64,000 bases of DNA, from assembly GCA_014860355.1 (NCBI GenBank), contig JACZJV010000062.1:759-64758 (forward strand). The letters are read 5' to 3'. Shown one piece after another: positions 10,053-21,700 of the stretch. The position numbers and the translations under genes were made by a program. Each line of letters starts with the position of its first letter. Position 1 is the stretch's first letter. Source of the DNA: Burkholderiales bacterium (GTDB lineage: Bacteria; Pseudomonadota; Gammaproteobacteria; Burkholderiales; SG8-39). The notes beneath the pieces are model-generated. The model saw nothing but the letters and a program-made list of their open reading frames with translations, was not told the DNA's origin and made no database searches.

Positions 10053-10942
10053 AGCCCGCCGAGTTTCGCTGCGGCACTATCGCCATCGTCGGTCGGCCCA
10101 ACGTGGGCAAGTCCACGCTGCTGAACCACCTGATCGGGGAAAAAATCAGCATCACTTCGCGCAAGGCGCAGACGACGCGCCACCGCATCACCGGCATACT
10201 CACCGATGCGAGCACGCAGTACGTATTTGTCGATACGCCCGGATTTCAGACCAGGAATACCAGCGCCCTGAACCGCCTGATGAACCGCAGCATTACCCAG
10301 GCCTTGCAGGACGTGGACGCAATCCTGGTGGTGATCGAGGCCGGTCGCATCAGCCGGGAAGACCGTCAGGTGTTCGATTTGCTGCCGACCGGGCGGCCGG
10401 TGGTATTGGCGGTAAACAAGATCGATCGCCTTGCGGACAAGAAGCAGTTGCTGCCGCTGCTGGCGCAGTCGCAGACCGAGCACGCGTTTTCCGATGTCGT
10501 TCCTGTCAGCGCCAAAAGCGGGGAGCAGACGCGGCAATTGCTGCAAGCGCTGCGCCAGCACCTGCCGCAGCAGCCGGCGATCCATCCCGCCGGCGAGCTG
10601 ACGGACCGCAGCGAACGCTTTCTCGCGGCCGAACTGGTGCGCGAAAAACTGTTTCGGCAGCTCGGCGACGAATTGCCTTACGGCGCCAGCACGACCATCG
10701 AAAAATTCGAGACCGAAGGCAGGCTGCGCCGCATCCATGTGGCTATCATTGTCGACAAGGCCGGCCACAAGGCGATGGTCATCGGCAAAGGCGGAGAGAA
10801 ACTGAAGCTGATAGGAAGCGACGCGCGGCGCGACATGGAGAAGCTCTTCGGCGGCAAGGTGTTCCTGCAGATCTGGGTGAAGGTCAAGCACGGCTGGACC
10901 GAGGACGAACGCACGCTCAAAAACCTCGGATTCGAACCATGA
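10049..10942 (+). CDS. era: GTPase Era
   Basis: [40 protein letters not shown]; KH domain. Confidence 0.98.
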   Translation: MKPAEFRCGTIAIVGRPNVGKSTLLNHLIGEKISITSRKAQTTRHRITGILTDASTQYVFVDTPGFQTRNTSALNRLMNRSITQALQDVDAILVVIEAGRISREDRQVFDLLPTGRPVVLAVNKIDRLADKKQLLPLLAQSQTEHAFSDVVPVSAKSGEQTRQLLQALRQHLPQQPAIHPAGELTDRSERFLAAELVREKLFRQLGDELPYGASTTIEKFETEGRLRRIHVAIIVDKAGHKAMVIGKGGEKLKLIGSDARRDMEKLFGGKVFLQIWVKVKHGWTEDERTLKNLGFEP

Positions 10943-11661
10943 GCGCACGCGCACGCCAGGACAACCAGCCCGGGTACGTACTGCATACCTACCCCTTCCG
11001 CGAGACCAGCCTGGTGGTCGAAGCTTTCACGCGCTCGCACGGGCGCATTGCCATGGTCGCGCGCGGCGCCAAGCGCCCGCGTTCGGCGCTGCGAGGCAGC
11101 ATCATGGCATTCCAGCCCCTGGGCCTGTCCTGGTCGGGGCGGGGCGAGTTGCGCCTGTTGCTGCGCGCGGAATGGCAGGGAGGGCAGCAGCGCCTGCAGG
11201 GCAGGGCGCTGCTGTGCGGCTTTTATCTGAACGAACTGCTGTTGAAGCTCCTGCCGCGCGAAGACGCGCACGAACAGCTGTTCCTCGACTATCAGGCGGC
11301 GCTGGCGCGCCTGGCCGAGGAACCGCAGCCCGGTGCCGTGCTGCGACGCTTCGAGAAGGCGCTGCTGCGCGAACTGGGCTACGCGCTCTCACTCGAGCAC
11401 GACAGCGCCAGCGGCGCGGAGATCGACCCGCGCAAGTCCTACGCCTACGAGCCCGAGCGCGGACCTGTGGCGGTAAATGGCGCCGCGCCGGCGGGCCTGG
11501 TCGTCTCCGGGCAGACCCTGCTCGACATCGTGCGCGACGACTACAGCGACCCGCTGACCCTGCAACAGGCCAAGGCATTGATGCGCCTGCTGATCAGTCA
11601 TCGCCTGGAGCAAAAACCGCTGAACAGCCGGCGCATATTCGAGGAGCTGCGACAACTGTGA
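10939..11661 (+). CDS. recO: DNA repair protein RecO
   Basis: [38 protein letters not shown]; position after era. Confidence 0.93.
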   Translation: MSARARQDNQPGYVLHTYPFRETSLVVEAFTRSHGRIAMVARGAKRPRSALRGSIMAFQPLGLSWSGRGELRLLLRAEWQGGQQRLQGRALLCGFYLNELLLKLLPREDAHEQLFLDYQAALARLAEEPQPGAVLRRFEKALLRELGYALSLEHDSASGAEIDPRKSYAYEPERGPVAVNGAAPAGLVVSGQTLLDIVRDDYSDPLTLQQAKALMRLLISHRLEQKPLNSRRIFEELRQL

Positions 11662-12383
11662 TAGAACTCGGGGTGAATATCGATCACGTGGCAACGCTGC
11701 GCCAGGTGCGCGGCACGACCTACCCGGACCCGGTGCGCGCCGCCCTGCTCGCCGAGAATGCCGGCGCCGACGCGATCACGCTGCATCTGCGAGAAGACCG
11801 GCGCCACATCCAGGACCGCGATGTCGATGCGCTGCGCGCGCAGCTTTCCAGGCGCATGAATCTGGAATCCGCGGTGACGCGCGAGATGCTGCAGATCGCA
11901 CTGCGCGTGCGCCCGCACGATGTCTGCCTGGTGCCGGAACGGCGCATGGAACTGACCACGGAAGGCGGCCTCGACGTCGCGAGCCAGTTCGAGCGGGTGC
12001 GCGACGCGTGCCGGCTGCTCGGTGAATCGGGTATCCGCGTGTCCTTGTTCATCAATGCCGACAACGCCCAGATCGATGCGGCCAAGGCCGCAGGCGCGCC
12101 GGTGATCGAACTGCATACAGGCCACTACGCCGACACCGCGGGAGACGCGCAGCAGGCCGAGTTCAGGCGCATCTGCGAGGCGGTCGAATACGGCAATCTC
12201 ATCGGCCTCAAAGTCAACGCCGGCCATGGGCTGAACTATGAAAATGTAGCGCCGGTCGCTGCCCTGCCCGGGATTGCAGAACTCAATATCGGCCACGCGA
12301 TCGTGGCGCACGCCGTTTTCGTCGGCTGGGAGTCAGCCGTGCGTGAAATGAAACGGCTGATGACCGAAGCGCGGCGCGCGTGA
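11658..12383 (+). CDS. pdxJ: Pyridoxine 5'-phosphate synthase
   Basis: GTG start; [54 protein letters not shown]. Confidence 0.97.
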   Translation: MIELGVNIDHVATLRQVRGTTYPDPVRAALLAENAGADAITLHLREDRRHIQDRDVDALRAQLSRRMNLESAVTREMLQIALRVRPHDVCLVPERRMELTTEGGLDVASQFERVRDACRLLGESGIRVSLFINADNAQIDAAKAAGAPVIELHTGHYADTAGDAQQAEFRRICEAVEYGNLIGLKVNAGHGLNYENVAPVAALPGIAELNIGHAIVAHAVFVGWESAVREMKRLMTEARRA

Positions 12384-12769
12384 TCCTGGGCACCGGCACC
12401 GATCTGATCGACGTGCGCCGCATCGAGCGCGCGCTGGCGCGCTTTGGCCACCGCTTTGCCCGCCGCGTCCTGGTCGAGCACGAATACCTGCGCTTCTGCG
12501 CGCACATAAAGCCCGCCCACTATCTGGCCAAGCGCTTCGCCGCCAAGGAAGCGTTCTCGAAGGCCATGGGCACCGGCATTCATTTTCCGGTCAACTGGCA
12601 TAACGTGAGCGTCGCCAACGAACGCTCGGGCAGGCCTTATCTGAAGTTTTCGCAAGCGCTCGCAGCGCTGCTCGCGCAGCGCGGCATCAGCCGGACGCAC
12701 TTGAGCCTGAGCGACGAAGTCGAAATGGCCTGCGCCTTCGTAATCCTGGAGGGCAGCGACCATGAGTGA
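12380..12769 (+). CDS. acpS: Holo-ACP synthase
   Basis: [18 protein letters not shown]...[18 protein letters not shown]. Confidence 0.96.
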   Translation: MILGTGTDLIDVRRIERALARFGHRFARRVLVEHEYLRFCAHIKPAHYLAKRFAAKEAFSKAMGTGIHFPVNWHNVSVANERSGRPYLKFSQALAALLAQRGISRTHLSLSDEVEMACAFVILEGSDHE

Positions 12770-13811
12770 CAGCCATGCAAGCGATGACCTGGGTCCGGTA
12801 ATGCTCGACCTGGCCGGCGTTGAATTGAGCGCCGCCGAGCGCGAAATGCTGCGCCATCCCCTCGTCGGCGGCGTGATTCTGTTTTCGCGCAATTACCGTA
12901 CACCGCAGCAGCTGTGCGAGCTTACCGCCGCGATCCGCTCGCTGCGCCGCCCCGAATTGCTGATCGCCGTCGATCACGAGGGCGGCCGGGTGCAGCGCTT
13001 CCAGGAGGGATTCTCGCGCATACCGCCCATGCGGCGCCTGGGCCTCGCCTGGGATCGCGACCGCGCCGCGGCGTGCAGGGCGGCGGGCGACATCGCCTAT
13101 GTGCTTGCGAGCGAGTTGCTTGCCTGCGGCGTGGATTTCAGTTTCGCACCGGTGCTCGACGTGGATTTCGGCGCAAGCGGCGTGATCGGCGATCGCGCCC
13201 TCCACTCGGAGCCGGCGGCGATCGCGCAACTGTCGGCAGCGCTGATCGCGGGCTTGCGCGAAGCAGGCATGGCGAGCGTAGGCAAGCATTTTCCCGGTCA
13301 CGGTCATGTACGGGCGGACTCCCACCTTGCCGTGCCGGTCGACGAGCGCAGCTTTGCCGAAATAGAGTCCGCCGACCTGGTTCCGTACAAGGAACTGATC
13401 GGGCACGGATTGACGGCGGTGATGCCGGCGCACGTGATCTATCCGGAAGTCGATGCGCATCCGGCCGGATTTTCGGCCAAATGGCTGCGGCAGATTCTAC
13501 GCGGGCAGCTGGGCTTCGAGGGCATGATCTTCAGCGACGATCTGTCGATGGAGGGAGCCAGCGTCGCCGGCGGCGTGGTCGAGCGCGCCCATGCCGCGCT
13601 CGATGCGGGCTGCGACATGGTGCTCCTGTGCAATGCCCCTGGAGCCGTTGCGGCGCTGTTGGCCGGGCTAGCCCCCGGCGCGACGAAGCAGGGTCGCGCC
13701 GAGGCGATGCGCGGCGCGCGCCTGGCGTCCGGGCTGGACGCGCTGCGGCCGAACAAGCGCTTTGCCCTGGCCCAAGCAGGGCTTGCGCGCTTTAGCTCCA
13801 CCCTGGCCTGA
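12762..13811 (+). CDS. nagZ: Beta-N-acetylhexosaminidase NagZ
   Basis: GGVILFSRNYRTPQQL, IAVDHEGGRVQRFQEGFSRIPPM, SVGKHFPGHGHVRADSHLAVP. Confidence 0.95.
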   Translation: MSDSHASDDLGPVMLDLAGVELSAAEREMLRHPLVGGVILFSRNYRTPQQLCELTAAIRSLRRPELLIAVDHEGGRVQRFQEGFSRIPPMRRLGLAWDRDRAAACRAAGDIAYVLASELLACGVDFSFAPVLDVDFGASGVIGDRALHSEPAAIAQLSAALIAGLREAGMASVGKHFPGHGHVRADSHLAVPVDERSFAEIESADLVPYKELIGHGLTAVMPAHVIYPEVDAHPAGFSAKWLRQILRGQLGFEGMIFSDDLSMEGASVAGGVVERAHAALDAGCDMVLLCNAPGAVAALLAGLAPGATKQGRAEAMRGARLASGLDALRPNKRFALAQAGLARFSSTLA

Positions 13812-13843
13812 GCGCCCGGCCGCTGCGGCGTTCTCTGCCTTCC

Positions 13844-14497
13844 ATGCACGACAGCTTCAACCCCGATTGCCGCGATTGCGAGCGGCTCGCCGGCTTTCTC
13901 GACCAGGTGCGGCGCGACCATCCCGGCTACCACGCGCGCCCGGTGCCCGCCTTCGGCGATGCCGCAGCCGAACTGCTGATCGTGGGCCTCGCCCCGGGGA
14001 TGCATGGCGCCAACCGCAGCGGACGCCCGTTTACCGGCGACCATGCCGGCATTCTGTTATATCGCAGCCTGCATCAGTTCGGTTTCGCCAGCCATGCCGT
14101 GTCGCAAGCCGCGGACGACGCGCTGGTGCTGAAGAACTGCCGCATCAGCAACGCGGTCAAATGCCTGCCGCCGCAAAACAAGCCGCTGCCGCAGGAGATA
14201 CTCTGCTGCAACCGCTACCTCGCAGCAGAATTGCGCCGGCAGCCGCCGCGGGTGATCCTGGCCCTGGGCGCGGTCGCGCATCAGGCCGTGCTGCTGGCCT
14301 GCGGATTCAAGCGCGCGAGTTATAAGTTCGCCCACCACGCGGTACATGCCTTGCCGCCAGCGCCGAACGCACCCGCAGGCATCCGCCTCTACGACAGCTA
14401 TCACTGCAGCCGCTACAACACCCAGACCAAGAGGCTCACCGTAGCCATGTTCCACGCGGTCTTGCGCGACATCGTCGCCGAGTTGGAGCAGTCGTGA
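13844..14497 (+). CDS. Uracil-DNA glycosylase, family 5 (UdgB-like)
   Basis: [30 protein letters not shown]; [12 protein letters not shown]; four Cys consistent with Fe-S cluster ligands. Confidence 0.85.
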   Translation: MHDSFNPDCRDCERLAGFLDQVRRDHPGYHARPVPAFGDAAAELLIVGLAPGMHGANRSGRPFTGDHAGILLYRSLHQFGFASHAVSQAADDALVLKNCRISNAVKCLPPQNKPLPQEILCCNRYLAAELRRQPPRVILALGAVAHQAVLLACGFKRASYKFAHHAVHALPPAPNAPAGIRLYDSYHCSRYNTQTKRLTVAMFHAVLRDIVAELEQS

Positions 14498-16320
14498 GTG
14501 CGCCCGCCGAACCCGCACCGGCGTTCGATGCACAGGCGCTGATCGTCAGCCTGCCGCATCTGCCCGGGGTGTATCGCATGCTCAACGGGAGAGGTGATGT
14601 GCTCTACGTGGGCAAGGCGCGCGACCTGAAAAAACGCGTGAGTTCGTATTTTCAGAAGACCGCACTAAGCCCGCGCATTGCGCTGATGCTGACGCAGGTG
14701 GCCGTGGTCGAAACCACGGTGACGCGTTCCGAGGCCGAGGCGCTGATCCTGGAGAACAACCTGATCAAGTCGCTTGCGCCGCGCTATAACATTTTGTTCC
14801 GCGACGACAAGTCCTACCCCTACCTGATGCTGAGCGGCCACGCCTATCCGCGCCTGGGGTTTCATCGCGGCGCGCTCGACGGCAGACACCGCTACTTCGG
14901 TCCGTTTCCGCACACCGGTGCGGTGCGCGAGAGCATACAACTGCTGCAGAAGATCTTCCGCCTGCGCACCTGCGAGGACTCGGTGTTCCAAAACCGCTCC
15001 CGGCCCTGCCTGCTGCACCAGATCCGGCGCTGCTCGGCGCCCTGCGTGGGCCTGATCGACAGCGACGCCTATGCCGCGGACGCGAAGAACGCGGAACTGT
15101 TCCTGCAGGGGCGCGAAGACGACGTGCTGCAGACCCTGGGCGGCAAAATGCAGCAGGCGGCCGACCTGCAGCACTATGAACAGGCTGCGTTTTACCGCGA
15201 CCAGATCCAGGCGCTGGCGACTACGCAGCAAAAGCAATACGCAGAGAGCAGCAGCGGCGGCGACGCCGACGTCATCGCCTGCGCCGGGGCGGCTGGCGCA
15301 GCCTGCGTCAACCTGGTGATGGTGCGCAACGGCCGCCATCTGGGCGACAAGAGCTTTTTTCCGCACAACGCCGAGGATCGGACCGCGCCCGAGGTGCTGC
15401 AGGCTTTCCTCGCGCAGCATTATCTCAACCGGCAGCTGCCCGCGATCATCGTGGTCGGCGCCGAATTCGATGCGCAGGAGACCGGGGCTGCGCTGGCGGA
15501 TCAGGCGGGACACGCGGTGCAGCTGGTGCTGCGGCCGCAGGGGCAGCGCCGCGCCTGGCTGGAGATGGCGCAAAAGAACGCACAGCTCGCCCTGGCGCAG
15601 CGCCTGTCGCATGCGAGCAATCAGGAGGTACGGCTCGCCGCGCTGCGCGAGGCCCTGGGCCTGCCCGATGCGGTGCAGCGCATCGAATGCTTCGACATCA
15701 GCCATACCCAGGGCGAGGCGACCGTCGCGTCCTGCGTCGTCTATGACCGCTTCGACATGCGCAACTCCGAATACCGGCGCTACAACATTGCCGGCATCCA
15801 GGCAGGGGACGATTACGCCGCCATGCGCTCGGTGCTGCAGCGACGCTACGAGAAGATTTCGCGCGGGGAGGGCGCCGTCCCCGATCTGATCCTGATCGAC
15901 GGCGGCAAGGGCCAGGTGAATGTTGCGCGCGAAGTCCTGGCCGAGCTCGGCATGAACGATATTTTCCTGTTCGGCGTGGCCAAGGGCGAGGAGCGCAAGC
16001 CCGGGCTGGAACAGCTGATCTGCGCCGATGCGAAAAGCAGCATCCAGCTCGCACGCGACAATCCGGGGCTGCATCTGATCCAGGCCATCCGCGACGAGGC
16101 GCACCGCTTCGCCATTACCGGCCATCGCGCGCGCCGCGGCAAGTCCCGGATGACTTCCTCGCTGGAGGGCATCAGCGGCATAGGCGCCAAGCGGCGCAAG
16201 GAACTGCTGGCCCGTTTCGGCGGCCTGAAAGGGGTGGTCGGCGCAAGCATAGACGACCTGGCCCAGGTTCATGGCATAAGTCGCAGCCTGGCGGAAAGAA
16301 TTTACCGCGAGTTGCACTAA
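14494..16320 (+). CDS. uvrC: Excinuclease ABC subunit C
   Basis: [34 protein letters not shown]; [23 protein letters not shown]. Confidence 0.98.
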   Translation: MSAPAEPAPAFDAQALIVSLPHLPGVYRMLNGRGDVLYVGKARDLKKRVSSYFQKTALSPRIALMLTQVAVVETTVTRSEAEALILENNLIKSLAPRYNILFRDDKSYPYLMLSGHAYPRLGFHRGALDGRHRYFGPFPHTGAVRESIQLLQKIFRLRTCEDSVFQNRSRPCLLHQIRRCSAPCVGLIDSDAYAADAKNAELFLQGREDDVLQTLGGKMQQAADLQHYEQAAFYRDQIQALATTQQKQYAESSSGGDADVIACAGAAGAACVNLVMVRNGRHLGDKSFFPHNAEDRTAPEVLQAFLAQHYLNRQLPAIIVVGAEFDAQETGAALADQAGHAVQLVLRPQGQRRAWLEMAQKNAQLALAQRLSHASNQEVRLAALREALGLPDAVQRIECFDISHTQGEATVASCVVYDRFDMRNSEYRRYNIAGIQAGDDYAAMRSVLQRRYEKISRGEGAVPDLILIDGGKGQVNVAREVLAELGMNDIFLFGVAKGEERKPGLEQLICADAKSSIQLARDNPGLHLIQAIRDEAHRFAITGHRARRGKSRMTSSLEGISGIGAKRRKELLARFGGLKGVVGASIDDLAQVHGISRSLAERIYRELH

Positions 16321-16435
16321 CGACCGGCTGATTGCGGTATCTTGAGAGCTGGTCTGGGGCCTCGGGCTGGCGGTACGCCATGTTTTCCGGCGCGCTTTCA
16401 GGCGCGCAATCCCGTGTCAATTTGGATATTCGGTT

Positions 16436-17005
16436 ATGCGTTTTAATGTTCCCAATGCGCTCACCTGGATGCGCATCGTGATGATTCCGCTGTTCGTCGG
16501 CGTGTATTACGCGCCGACCTCCTGGCTCACGCTGCCGCAGGAAAACCTGATCGCGACCGTCATTTTCACGGTTGCCGCGCTCACCGATCTGCTCGACGGC
16601 TACCTCGCGCGTAAACTGAATCAGGAGTCCGCGTTCGGCGCGTTTCTCGACCCGGTGGCGGACAAGCTGATCGTGGCGGCGGCGCTGATCGTGCTGGTCC
16701 ATCTTCATCGTCTCGATGCGGTCATCGCGGTGATCATCATCGGCAGGGAGATCACCATCTCAGCGCTGCGCGAGTGGATGGCCCATCTGGGCGCGGGGAA
16801 AAGCGTGGCGGTGTCCCTGATCGGCAAGATCAAGACCGTGTCGCAGCTTGTGGCCATCCCGATGCTGCTTTACCACGACCCGCTGGGCGCGTTCCAGCCG
16901 CAGCAGTGGGGCACCGGCTTGATACTGCTGGCCGCGGCGCTGACCCTGTGGTCCATGTTCTACTACCTCAAGATGGCCATGCCCACAGTGATAAAACATG
17001 GTTGA
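16436..17005 (+). CDS. pgsA: CDP-diacylglycerol-glycerol-3-phosphate 3-phosphatidyltransferase
   Basis: MRFNVPNALTWMRIVMIPLFV; DLLDGYLARKLNQESAFGAFLDPVADK. Confidence 0.96.
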   Translation: MRFNVPNALTWMRIVMIPLFVGVYYAPTSWLTLPQENLIATVIFTVAALTDLLDGYLARKLNQESAFGAFLDPVADKLIVAAALIVLVHLHRLDAVIAVIIIGREITISALREWMAHLGAGKSVAVSLIGKIKTVSQLVAIPMLLYHDPLGAFQPQQWGTGLILLAAALTLWSMFYYLKMAMPTVIKHG

Positions 17006-17043
17006 TCACAGAGGGCAATCCCCGGTATAATTCGCCTCCTCAT

Positions 17044-17119
17044 GCGGCAGTAGCTCAGTTGGTAGAGCGCAACCTTGCCAAGGTTGAGGTCGAGAGTTCG
17101 AGACTCTTCTGCCGCTCCA
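17044..17119 (+). tRNA. tRNA-Gly (GCC)
   Basis: GCGGCAG...CTGCCGC acceptor stem, AACCTTGCCAAGGTT anticodon arm, GAGTTCGAGACTC T arm, encoded CCA. Confidence 0.97.
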
Positions 17120-17223
17120 AGATTCGAAGGGAATGCGCGTAAGCGCTTGCGGCACAGGCCGCGGGCGCGTTCCCTTTATCAATTGCGGATTGCCGTCGCG
17201 CCTGGCCGGCGCGGGCTCGAGAC

Positions 17224-17297
17224 GGCGGGATGGCAGAGTGGTCATGCAGCGGCCTGCAAAGCCGTGTACGCCGGTTCGATTCCGACTCCCGCCTCCA
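17224..17297 (+). tRNA. tRNA-Cys (GCA)
   Basis: GGCGGGA...TCCCGCC acceptor stem, GGCCTGCAAAGCC anticodon arm, GGTTCGATTCC, encoded CCA. Confidence 0.97.
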
Positions 17298-17327
17298 GAC
17301 ATTCTGCGTCGCCCTACGATTTCTTGC

Positions 17328-18575
17328 TCACCTGCCGATGCGCCCGGCCACCGCGCGTATCTGCCGCGGCGCTGCCAGCCAGATACACAGGCCGGAGGCG
17401 ATACTGCATCCGATTGCCAGGGAAAATGCCAGCGCATAGCTGCCGCTCGCGTCATACAAGGCGCCGGTGATCCAGGGGCCCAGCGCGCCGCCGGCGATGC
17501 CTATTCCCATCAGGGTTCCGAATATGCCGCCGTAATGGCGTCCCTGAAATATTTCCGCGGGAATGGCGCCGACGACCGAGGTGAGTCCGTAGCCGAGCAG
17601 GCCCTGCGCGAGCACCATGAACCAGAGCAGCGCGGGGCTGGGCCAATCGCGCATCAACAGCAGCGCGACATAGCAGAGCACGAAACCGGCGTTGCCCACG
17701 GTCCAGACCCATTCGCGTCCGATGCGGTCGGAGATGTGCCCGAGCGCGATCTGTCCGGGGATCGCGGCGAAGCTGACGAAGCCCAGCGCCCAGGCCGCGT
17801 ACATCGGTGCGAATCCGGATTCGATCAGATATTTGGTCTGGTGCACCTGCACCGCGTACCAGGAGAACAGGCCGCAAAAATAGCCCGCGGCGATCCACCA
17901 GAAGCGCGCCGTGCGCATGGCCCGGGCAAGGGTCCAGTCGATCGCGACCCAGGCGTGATCGATCACGTTTGCGTGCGGCTTGGCTGCGGTGGATGCCGGC
18001 GCGGCGACATCGCCGTCGGGTCCGGTGCCCAGGTCCTCGGGCCGGCGCCGGATCAGCAGGTTGAGGGGGGCCAGCAGGCCGAACACCAGGATGGCCATGC
18101 CGATGCAGGCGGCGCGCCAGCCGGCATGCTCGATAATCGACTGCAGCCAGGGCAGCAGCACGATGGAACCGATGCCGACGCCGGAAAAGGCGATGCTCAT
18201 CGCCAGACCCCTGCGGCGCACGAACCAGTTCGGCAGGTGCAGCGCCTGGCCGGTGAATCCCAGCGCCACGCTCCCCGCACCGACTAACACGCCCAGAGTG
18301 AGATAAAGGTGCCATGGCTGGCTCACCTGCGCGGCCAGCAGCAGACCGACACCCATGATGCCCACACCCGCCTCGAGTACGATGAGCGGTCCATGGCGAT
18401 CCATCAGGCGGCCGAGCAGGGGGCTCAGCACCGCCGAAATGAAAAAGCCGAAGGAGAATGCGCCGGCGGTGACGCCGCGCTCCCAGCCGAACTCCGCGAG
18501 GATGGGCGGAAACAGCAGCGAGAATGCAGTGCGCGCGTTGACCGCCACGCCCATGGTGACGAAGGCCACGGCCAC
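17328..18575 (-). CDS. MFS transporter (monocarboxylate/oxalate-formate-type)
   Basis: 12-TM pattern; GFFISAVLSPLLGRLMDRHGPLIVLEAG; exact start uncertain, reading frame extends upstream (HLKAPRFPFFYGWAIVAVAF) to a TAG. Confidence 0.85.
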   Translation of the reverse strand: MAVAFVTMGVAVNARTAFSLLFPPILAEFGWERGVTAGAFSFGFFISAVLSPLLGRLMDRHGPLIVLEAGVGIMGVGLLLAAQVSQPWHLYLTLGVLVGAGSVALGFTGQALHLPNWFVRRRGLAMSIAFSGVGIGSIVLLPWLQSIIEHAGWRAACIGMAILVFGLLAPLNLLIRRRPEDLGTGPDGDVAAPASTAAKPHANVIDHAWVAIDWTLARAMRTARFWWIAAGYFCGLFSWYAVQVHQTKYLIESGFAPMYAAWALGFVSFAAIPGQIALGHISDRIGREWVWTVGNAGFVLCYVALLLMRDWPSPALLWFMVLAQGLLGYGLTSVVGAIPAEIFQGRHYGGIFGTLMGIGIAGGALGPWITGALYDASGSYALAFSLAIGCSIASGLCIWLAAPRQIRAVAGRIGR

Positions 18576-18740
18576 GATGGCCCAGCCATAGAAGAACGGA
18601 AATCGCGGAGCCTTCAGGTGATCATCCTATCGTTGCGCGCGCCGCTGAAGACCCATCTACAGTGGATCGTGCGCAGGGCGCTACATTCTATACTGGATGA
18701 TGCCGCCCGCGCCGTGCCGGCACGGGCGTCTGGTGCGGAT

Positions 18741-21700
18741 CTAACGTTTGAATACGACCACGCCTGAAGCGGTGACTGCGGCTGGATTAGAGGATGTGTT
18801 GCCGCCGTGATTGAGCGAGTAAGCCATGCCCACGCCATTTCCGGTCTGCCCGGTAAATCCGCCGACCAGCGAGCCGGAGGTGTCGGCAGGGTTGGCCCCG
18901 AGGGACGTAGTTACGGTCATCGAACCGATGGTGTCGCCGAGTTTCTTCCCGGCCTGGAAGACATTGGCGCTGATCGGAATTCCGGTTGCGCTTGCGCCCC
19001 AGGTGTTGCCCCCGACCGTCAAATTGCTGAGCGTGGCATTGACTGTCTGCGCGGTGAAATTCGCCGTCAGGCTGGCGTTCGCAGCCGTCAGTGCCGCGCC
19101 CACGTTGCCGTTGCTGTCGACCGGGGAGGTGCCGCCTGCGAAGGTGTAGTTGAACGTTCCGGTGATCGGCAGCACGGTCGGCCCCGACTGACTGCCGCTG
19201 ATGACGAAAGGCACGCTCTGGGTTGCCGCGACCACGCCCAGCGAGGCGCCGCTGATGCGGTCGGTGACGCCGATGGTGCCGTTGCCGTAGCGGCCCCAGC
19301 GCATGCCGGTGGCGGGATCGTAACCCGCCTCGAGCACGGTTGCGGTTCCGACCGACGCGGCACCGGTCGCGCCGGCGACGGCGTAGACGACCGGAATATC
19401 GTTTACGAACGAGCAGTTAGTCGTGCATGGAGGCCCGTTGACTACCAGTACCGGCAGTTGCCCGTCCATCCTGACCGGGAGATTGTTGACGAACTGGGTC
19501 CGGTACGCCGACAGGAAGCCGCCGTCTATGCGGGTGTTTTCGCTGGGTTCCAACTCGCCTAGCAGCGTCATGCCCGGTACATTCAGGGCGAGATGGTACG
19601 GGGTCAGCGTGCTATAGGGCGTACCGTTCAAACTGAAGGCAAGCGCCCCGCTTGCGGTTTCGGTAGGGCAAGGACCGGAGGTGCAGGGGAGGAAGCCGTT
19701 CAGGTTGTAGGTAACCCCCGCGCCGCCGGCGCCGATGCCCATAAGCTGGCCCTCCATGGTGCCGAAGGTACCGGTGCTGCCGGTCAAGGTAATATTCATG
19801 TTGTCGTGCGAGCTGGTCGGCTGCACGGTAGTGCCTGAGGCTATGGTGGCGCCCGAATTTCCGGCGTTGGCGTGGAACGAGCCTTCCTGATCCAGACGGA
19901 TGCCGGGAGCGGAAACGACCCAGTTGCCCGCCGGCGTGGTCGCCTGCATATCGAAATTGACCGACGCGTTGCCAAAGTTGACCGTCAGCCCTGCAGAATT
20001 GACAGTGCCGATGGCGCCGTTCTGGTCGTGCAAAACCGAGGTGCCAAGATTATAGGTGGCGGTTCCCGGCACGACCACGCCGGTTGAATTGGTATAGCCT
20101 GCAATTGCGCCCGGCAGATAGATGGGGAAGGGCGCGGGCCCCCTGACCCAGGACAGGCCGTCACCAAGGACGGTTCGCGGTACTGGGTCCACGCATCCTG
20201 TGGTACCGAAGCAACCGTTGAAATCGACGCCGCTCACGGTCAGCGTCGGCGACGGCGACTGCCAACCGAGTAAAATGCTGCCATCGGTCGCGGTCGCAGT
20301 GCTTCCTATGGCAAGTGCCGTCGGCGTTGCGGGAGTCGCCGTGCCGCCGGACAATGCCAGTGCGCGATTGTCGCCAAACACCGAGGAATCACCCGGTTCC
20401 GTAATCGATACCAGATTCCCCGCCGCATCCGTCACCAGGCTGGTTTGCGGACGATCTGTCCAGAAGTTTCCGCTACTGCTCTGGTTGAACGAGTTGATTG
20501 CGTCAAAGTACGAGTACGTCGCGACTACCGTTACCGGGGCGACCGGTGCCGCTACGGGATAGGAGGCGCTCGTCGGAAGCACGATCTCGGGTCCCAGTTT
20601 GAATGCTACCAGTCCATTGATGTAGTCATCGACGACGCGACCCGCGGGTGGCGTAACTGCGTTCACCCCATAATTCGTATTGAAGGTGTAGCGGAAGAAT
20701 GCGCCATCGGCCGTTCCCGCATTGCCGGTCGCGCTGTCGAAACCGCCGCGTATGCGCCCGCCGTAGGCCGATACGCCGGTCGCTATATCGGGCGCACAGC
20801 CGCTGCCGAAACAGCCGATGTGCAGGTTGTCGGTGCCGGCAGGGTTGTTGGACGCGCCGCTGCTCACGTTAAATCCGCCGTTTGAAATCGGCGCATTGTC
20901 GAAGCGCGCGCTCAGGTTTTGGATCCCCAGCGATCCCGCAGGACCGCTGGGCATGGTGATTCTGACCGCGGCGCTCGCCTTGCTGTTGGTAAAGTCGGCG
21001 CTCAGGCGCGCGCCGTCCAGCGTTCCGACATTGCCGTAGCTGTCGGTCGGTGCGGTCGCGAACGACGGCGCGCCCGCGGCATCGCCGATGCGCGTGTACT
21101 GAAACACGCCCGTCAGCGGCAGCGAACTCGGTATCTGCGCCACGACCCACTGCAGGCTGCGTGCGGCGCCATCCGGGGCCAGCAGCGACTCGACGTAGCT
21201 GGTGCCGGTCGACAAATCGGTCACGTTGACGGCGCCGCCGCTCCAGCGCCCGAAGCGGATGCTGGTGGCAGGGTCAAAGTAGCTCTCGGCAGCTGTTCCG
21301 CCGCTGAACGATAGCCGCGCGTGCGCGAGCGGGGTGGGGATGGCGAACTGTGTCCGGCTTCCCGGGACATCATTCGCATGGTCGAAAACCACGTGCGGCG
21401 TATCGAGTACGCCGATCAGGTTGCCGCTGGTATCGAACAGGAAATTCGTGTTGACCGTCGATCCGGTTAGCGTTACCGGCGTAGTCGACGGTGTAGTCAG
21501 CGGTGTGTCCGGCGTCCCGGTCGCATTGTTGAACAGGTTTGAACTGGTCTTGTCGCTGACGATATAGGTGGTGACCGCCGGGTCGACCCCGGGGGCAATC
21601 TGGGTGGTGTCCCACAGCACCTCATTGCGCAGCACGGCTGTACTGGAAAAATTGGTTACTACCACGGTAGGCACGTCGACTACCGGAATAGTGCTGCCGT

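Noticed and set aside
14665-16317. 550-aa minus-strand ORF opposite uvrC
   Set aside because: Shadow ORF in high-GC coding DNA; composition (H/Q/R-rich) and lack of motifs show it is the antisense of uvrC
17133-18287. 384-aa plus-strand ORF over the tRNA-Cys and MFS gene
   Set aside because: Covers a tRNA and the antisense of a clear MFS transporter; not coding
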